Positions 58,871 to 64,000 of a DNA stretch of 64,000 bases are shown here, one piece after another. Made by a program: the position numbers and the translations under genes. How positions within the stretch are numbered: position 1 is the first letter of the stretch; each line of letters begins with the position of its first letter. Source of the stretch: an uncultured bacterium (lineage in GTDB: Bacteria > Bacteroidota > Rhodothermia > Balneolales > DATFMH01); assembly GCA_963787205.1 (NCBI GenBank), contig CAWBCD010000023.1:99587-163586 (forward strand). Reading direction: 5' to 3'. Under the pieces are notes generated by a model. It ran no database searches. It was not told the DNA's origin and saw only the letters and a list, made by a program, of their open reading frames with translations.

Positions 58871-61231
58871 GTTTCTCAGAGGCTTGCCCTTCTTCAAGGT
58901 GAATTCTATTCGTTCCTGGGTTTTCTTTTCGTGCAGGAGTTCTATGAATGCCTCACGTTCTAGTTTATGGACGTAGGATTCGGGTACGTACTGCGGCTCA
59001 TTCAGAAGTCCGCCGGTCATGATGTACGCCAGCTTTTCACCAATCAATTGGTCATAATCGCTGATATAACCGGCCTCGTGCATGATGTAAAGCGACAGTT
59101 TCAGTGCGCTATATCCTTCCTTACCCATGAGATAAACCTCACCAGATGCAGGCGGTCGATATCCCGCTTCTGCCATCGCCTTTGCTGATTCTCGTGCCGC
59201 CCTGAGCTGCAGATCTCTGTTCATGACAATCGGGTCCTCCCGCCGCAACAGATTCATCTGTCGTGCTTCGTATGCACTGGTGGCCACCTTGGCCATTCCA
59301 ATCTGCTGGAATGCTTCTTTCAAAAAAATCAGCGGATCCACGTTATTGTCATCCGGCATCCGGCTCATTGACCGTCGAAGGACTTCTGTCGTGCCGCAAC
59401 CGGCAGGGATCAGCCCGACGCCGACTTCAACCAGACCCGAATAGAGTTCATGATGTGCTACCACCCGGTCGGCATGAAGCATGAATTCACATCCACCTCC
59501 AAGTGTCTGGTTGTACGGAGCAAGGACAACAGGAATGGATGAATACCGGATCCTTCTGGAAGCATCCTGGAAGGTCATCACTGCCTGAGAAAGCAAATCA
59601 AATTGATTCTTCGACACGGCAGTCAGCACCTCGTACAGGTTGGCTCCCAGTGAAAAATTCGCCCCATCGTTGCCGATTACCATTCCCTGGAATTCATTCT
59701 CGCAGATATCAATGGATTTGAAAAGCCCCTCAATCACCGACTGGCCAAGTGTATGCCCTTTGGAATGGAACTCAAACAAAGCCACACCTTCTCCCATATC
59801 GATCAGGCTTGTCTCTTTATCGCTGGAAACAACTTTATTCGTTTTATACAGATCAGGGATGAGTACAGCTCCTTTTATGGGAGGCGTCTGCTCTTCAACT
59901 TTTCCGACGCCAAGATTGTAAAATGTCCCTTTCTTGTGATCATAGAATGATGTTCTGCCGCTGGCAAGCATTTTCTCCACCGAATCCGGAACATCATATC
60001 CTTCTTCTTTCATCCGGTCGGTTGTCTCTTTTACCCCGACCGCATCCCACTTCCCAAAAGGACTCATTTCCCAATTAAAACCCCATTGCATGGCACGATC
60101 AATCTCTTCAATGGAATCGGTAATCTCGGGAATCCGATTGGCGGCATATAAGAACAGGTCACGGTGAATCTCCCACAAAAAACGACCGGCCTTGTCATCC
60201 TGTTTGATCATAAACCGGAGTCGTTCACCGGTCGTCTTGTATTTTTCTTTTGCCTGGTCGACCGATGAAAACGAAATCTTCTGCTGTGGTTCATAATCCA
60301 GCGTGTCCACGTTTAGCACCAGGTATTGGGTGCCCTCTTTCGTCCTCACTTTCTTATAGAAGCCCTGACCTGCCTTGTTTCCTATCAGACCTTTATCGAT
60401 CATTTTCTGAAGGGTATCGGGCAACTTAAACAGTTCCCGCCGTTCATCATCCGGAATATTCGGATATAGATTCCGCGCCACGTGTCCCAAAACATCGATT
60501 CCGACCATATCGGCTGTTCGGAAGGTTGCCGCTTTGGAATAGCCGCTGAATGTACCGGTCAGGAAATCAACCTCCTCGATCCGCAGCTTTTTACTGAACA
60601 CCCATGGCATGATACTGGCCATGGAAAAAACACCGATCCTGTTTGCGATGAAATTCGGGGTATCCTTACACGTCACAACTCCTTTGCCCAGTAGTTTCCC
60701 GGCGAATCCAGACATGTATCCGAAAACAGCCGGATCGGTATACGCTGTTGGAATGACTTCCAGTAACTTCATGTAACGGGGAGGGTTAAAAAAGTGCGTT
60801 CCCAGAAAATGATTTTTGAATGATTCCGAACAGTGTTCACTCATTTCTGTAAGAGGAAGCCCGGAAGTGTTGGTAGTCACAACAGTATTTTGGCGGCGGA
60901 CTTCATCAATACGCGACATCACTTTCTGCTTGATATCCATCCGTTCAATGACCACCTCACAGATCCAGTCGGCTTCTCTCAGTTTGCTCCAGTCGTCATC
61001 GAAATTCCCGATCTGGATCCGTTTGGAAAAACCAGGCAAAGCAAGCGGTGCCGGTTTCATTTTGAGAAGTGCATCCAGTCCTTCTTTTACCAATGCATTG
61101 TGGTCTTCATTATCTTTTGCCGTGATATCCAGCATCAGCACATCGAAACCGGCGTTAGCACAGTGAGCGGCAATCTGCCGTCCCATCACGCCAGATCCAA
61201 GGACAGCAATTTTTTGAATACGGTAACTCAT
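58868..61231 (-). CDS. fadN: 3-hydroxyacyl-CoA dehydrogenase / enoyl-CoA hydratase (FadN type)
   Basis: VLGSGVMG, TNTSG, THFFNPPRY, KDTPNFIANRIG, LGGGCE and GKPLRN. Confidence 0.9.
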   Translation of the reverse strand: MSYRIQKIAVLGSGVMGRQIAAHCANAGFDVLMLDITAKDNEDHNALVKEGLDALLKMKPAPLALPGFSKRIQIGNFDDDWSKLREADWICEVVIERMDIKQKVMSRIDEVRRQNTVVTTNTSGLPLTEMSEHCSESFKNHFLGTHFFNPPRYMKLLEVIPTAYTDPAVFGYMSGFAGKLLGKGVVTCKDTPNFIANRIGVFSMASIMPWVFSKKLRIEEVDFLTGTFSGYSKAATFRTADMVGIDVLGHVARNLYPNIPDDERRELFKLPDTLQKMIDKGLIGNKAGQGFYKKVRTKEGTQYLVLNVDTLDYEPQQKISFSSVDQAKEKYKTTGERLRFMIKQDDKAGRFLWEIHRDLFLYAANRIPEITDSIEEIDRAMQWGFNWEMSPFGKWDAVGVKETTDRMKEEGYDVPDSVEKMLASGRTSFYDHKKGTFYNLGVGKVEEQTPPIKGAVLIPDLYKTNKVVSSDKETSLIDMGEGVALFEFHSKGHTLGQSVIEGLFKSIDICENEFQGMVIGNDGANFSLGANLYEVLTAVSKNQFDLLSQAVMTFQDASRRIRYSSIPVVLAPYNQTLGGGCEFMLHADRVVAHHELYSGLVEVGVGLIPAGCGTTEVLRRSMSRMPDDNNVDPLIFLKEAFQQIGMAKVATSAYEARQMNLLRREDPIVMNRDLQLRAARESAKAMAEAGYRPPASGEVYLMGKEGYSALKLSLYIMHEAGYISDYDQLIGEKLAYIMTGGLLNEPQYVPESYVHKLEREAFIELLHEKKTQERIEFTLKKGKPLRN

Positions 61232-61419
61232 AATAGATCTTTAATTGTTTGAATAATCTCATTCATCTTTGATGCTTTCAAGCTACCGACTTTATAGAGA
61301 TTGAGATTTTGGAAACAAGTGAATAATTTATTCGGTCGAATATTGCTTGGTTTTTTCAAAGATCCCTCTTCAAAATCACTCTCTTCCATTTCGTTTAATA
61401 AAACTTCTTTATTACTCAT
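61228..61419 (-). pseudogene. probable antitoxin-N-terminus / MazF(PemK)-C-terminus fusion remnant
   Basis: MSNKEVLLNE resembles DUF2281-type antitoxin starts; DFEEGSLKKPSNIRPNKLFT..LYKVGSLK resembles the MazF C-terminal half; the toxin N-terminus is absent. Confidence 0.6.
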
Positions 61420-61491
61420 TTTGACGGTGCTGCTCTTTTTATCATGATTTTTGTTCTCAATCTATTTAAAAACAAACTATCTTTATTGATC

Positions 61492-63318
61492 TTATTCGTC
61501 TCCCGGGGGGTAAATTTCTTCAATTTCTTTTTTGCGGGTTTTCTTTACTTCGTTTCGTTTCACTTTTAACGTTGGAGTCAATTCACCCGATCCGATACTG
61601 AATGGTTCAGATAAAAGCACAAACTTTTTGACTTGCTCCCATATCGGGAACTGTTCATTGATCCTGTCGATCTCGTCTTGTATCAAATCATTAACGGGCT
61701 GTTCACGGACAAGGTGCTCATCATTAAGATCCGACAGTTCTTTGAGTCTGGACCTTACCCCATGAAAATTGGGGACAATCAGAGCCGAGCAGAATTTTTT
61801 CTCATTTCCTATCACAATCACCTGTTCCACAAACGGGCTTTCTCCCAGCGCGTTTTCGATGGGTTGCGGAGCCACATATTTTCCGGTCGACAATTTAAAA
61901 AGCGCTTTCTTTCTATCTGTGATAAACAAGAAACCGTCGTCATCAATCCGTCCCATATCTCCGGTATGCAGCCAGCCATCCGTTATTGTTTCAGCCGTTT
62001 CTTCCGGCAATTTATAGTATCCTTGCATGACATTGGGTCCCCTGGCGAGTATTTCTCCATCGTCCGCAATTCTGAGTTCTACTTCCTCAATTGGATAACC
62101 TGCGGAGCCCGTCTTATGGCGTACCAGATCGTTGAGCGTGAGCACAGGCGAAGACTCGGTCAGTCCGTATCCCTGGTTGCAAAAATATCCCAATGCACTA
62201 AAAAAACGCACGATTAACGGAGACAGAGCAGCTCCTCCGCTTATTATGCCAACCAGATTTTTCCCAAAAACTTCCCGGATCTTCGAATACACGATCTTGT
62301 CAGCGATCGAATATTTGAATGCTTCCAAACCGGTTGGAGGGTCATCAACGTTATAATTTTCAGCCAAACTGATAGCCCAAAAGAAGAGTTTCTGTTGCCA
62401 GCCGCTCAAGTGTTCACCCCGCTCCCGGACAGCTAGATGGATCTTCTCCATCAACCGGGGGACCGTTATGAAGAATACCGGATCAACCTCCTTGAGTTCA
62501 TCTGCAAAATGCATGATGTCTTCTATAAAATAGATGGGGTATCCCATGTACATATACATAAACGTACCCATGCGTTCGAGTACGTGAGACAGTGGCAGGT
62601 AGGAAAGCATCCTGTGACCACGCATCACCTCAACGTCGAAGGGCATATGTAAAACAGTGCTCTTGGTGTTCGAAACCAGATTATGATGCGAGAGCATCAC
62701 CCCCTTTGGCCTGCCGGTCGTACCGGAGGTATAAATCAGCGTTGCCAGCTGATCATAAGTAACCTCAGCACGAAGTCTGTCAAACAAACCGGGATCTTTC
62801 TCTGCCAGCTCCCTCCCTTTATTAATGATCTTGTCTGTTGTTTTTACTTTATCATGAACACTCGGCAAAAAAGAAATGACCGCATGCACTGTCTTTATCT
62901 GTTTGATCATCGGTTTTACCGAATCAAACAGATCATCCTTTGAGTACACGTATGCTTTTGCACCGGAATTCTCAAGAATAAATTTTATTTGATCGCCCGG
63001 TTGTGTTGTGTATATCGGGACACTCGCGGCGCCAATCGATAGAATAGCCTGATCGATCCAGAGCCACTCCGTGCAGCTTTCGGAATGCAACGCCACCTTA
63101 TCCCCGGGTCGTACCCCCAGCTCATATAATCCGAGTGCAAAATAACGAACATTTTCCCTGAATCTGGAGACCTCAGTTTTCAACCAAATTCCGTTTCTTT
63201 TCGTCGCAGCAGCTATACCGGTCGTATTTTTACCAAACCCTTTATCAATCAGATCCAACAATGTAGAGGGATTCATCGTTGTTTTTTCCTCGATAGGTTC
63301 TTGATTTGCCGTTTCCAT
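61492..63318 (-). CDS. long-chain fatty acid-CoA ligase (AMP-dependent synthetase)
   Basis: YTSGTTGRPKGV, LPLSHVLER, GYGLTE, GWLHTGD and TPTLKVKR; start set at METAN. Confidence 0.93.
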   Translation of the reverse strand: METANQEPIEEKTTMNPSTLLDLIDKGFGKNTTGIAAATKRNGIWLKTEVSRFRENVRYFALGLYELGVRPGDKVALHSESCTEWLWIDQAILSIGAASVPIYTTQPGDQIKFILENSGAKAYVYSKDDLFDSVKPMIKQIKTVHAVISFLPSVHDKVKTTDKIINKGRELAEKDPGLFDRLRAEVTYDQLATLIYTSGTTGRPKGVMLSHHNLVSNTKSTVLHMPFDVEVMRGHRMLSYLPLSHVLERMGTFMYMYMGYPIYFIEDIMHFADELKEVDPVFFITVPRLMEKIHLAVRERGEHLSGWQQKLFFWAISLAENYNVDDPPTGLEAFKYSIADKIVYSKIREVFGKNLVGIISGGAALSPLIVRFFSALGYFCNQGYGLTESSPVLTLNDLVRHKTGSAGYPIEEVELRIADDGEILARGPNVMQGYYKLPEETAETITDGWLHTGDMGRIDDDGFLFITDRKKALFKLSTGKYVAPQPIENALGESPFVEQVIVIGNEKKFCSALIVPNFHGVRSRLKELSDLNDEHLVREQPVNDLIQDEIDRINEQFPIWEQVKKFVLLSEPFSIGSGELTPTLKVKRNEVKKTRKKEIEEIYPPGDE

Positions 63319-63629
63319 CGACTCCCCCAAGCACTTGCATTACAAATTAAGTTGAGCGAATATTCGCTGGCTTTTATCTCAAATTTAATACAAAGGAATT
63401 CTTAACAAAATGAATTTTCTCAAACCTCAGGTTGCTATCGGTTGATATTCATGGTACTAGATATTAACTATGACACTTTCGAAAGCGTTCTGATCCAATA
63501 CAATTTCCTCATGTTCCCAACAAAAAAAGACCCTTTAGGGAAGAATTCAGAAATTTTCGTAGCCAATTGTCTTTAAATTTCTTTAGTCACTCAATGCAAA
63601 ATTTTGACAGGTTTTAATACGGATGAATC

Positions 63630-64000
63630 ATGGAAGTTGAAGCACAGGTAAAAAAACAGGCAGACCGGTTATTTAATCATGCCGTCAAAAACATGGCTGA
63701 CACACTGGGCATCCGTTTTGCGGTGTTGCGCAGTGATTCGATTGTTGCCACAATGCCGGTCGATGAGAGAACAGTACAGCCGTTCGGACTCTTACACGGT
63801 GGAGCCTCTGCAGCATTAGCCGAAACACTGGCATCCCTGGGAGGCTGGCTCAATCTGAAAGAACCTGACCTCGGTGTTGTGGGAATCGAGATAAATGCCA
63901 ATCACCTGAGAAGCAAACGAAGCGGAGAGGTCACAGGGCGGGCTACTCCCATTCGTATCGGATCAAAAATCCATGTTTGGGAAATACGGATTGAGGATGA
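63630..64000 (+). CDS. PaaI/hotdog-fold thioesterase (MenI/EntH-like), partial
   Basis: Manual translation: MEVEAQ...ATMPVDERTVQPFGLLHGGASAALAET...VGIEINANHL...HVWEIRI; runs off the window. Confidence 0.9.
   Translation, partial: MEVEAQVKKQADRLFNHAVKNMADTLGIRFAVLRSDSIVATMPVDERTVQPFGLLHGGASAALAETLASLGGWLNLKEPDLGVVGIEINANHLRSKRSGEVTGRATPIRIGSKIHVWEIRIED

Overview
Core-chromosome window from an FCB-group bacterium, most consistent with Balneolota/Rhodothermota. This is an inference from the PorU/PorV/DUF4835 T9SS genes, a GWxTD protein and GGAGG-type SD sites. Contents: an etfBA-fixCX-acyl-CoA dehydrogenase operon, rplU-rpmA, a T9SS cluster (porU, porV, an M6-like cargo protein lacking HExxH, a gluzincin/propeller/barrel protein), a class II CPD photolyase behind a decayed (6-4)/FeS-BCP photolyase pseudogene, blaI with two M56-TonB paralogs, pcs, tRNA-Arg(CCG) and a fadD-fadN-fadA beta-oxidation operon. 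The most notable pattern is small solitary genes sitting at gene junctions, two of them bracketed by inverted repeats. (i) A four-helix-bundle (IVP/Avd-like) gene lies between fadN and fadA, enclosed by inverted arrays of heptamers, one of which is translated as the thiolase N-terminus. Orphan copies of such arrays, and perfect 7/8-mer microsatellites, occur at many other gene junctions. (ii) A DUF559 nuclease gene is flanked by 28-bp REP-like inverted repeats and 56-bp exact direct repeats. (iii) An apparently internally deleted antitoxin/MazF fusion remnant is coupled to fadN. Family assignments come from motif recognition only; no searches were run.
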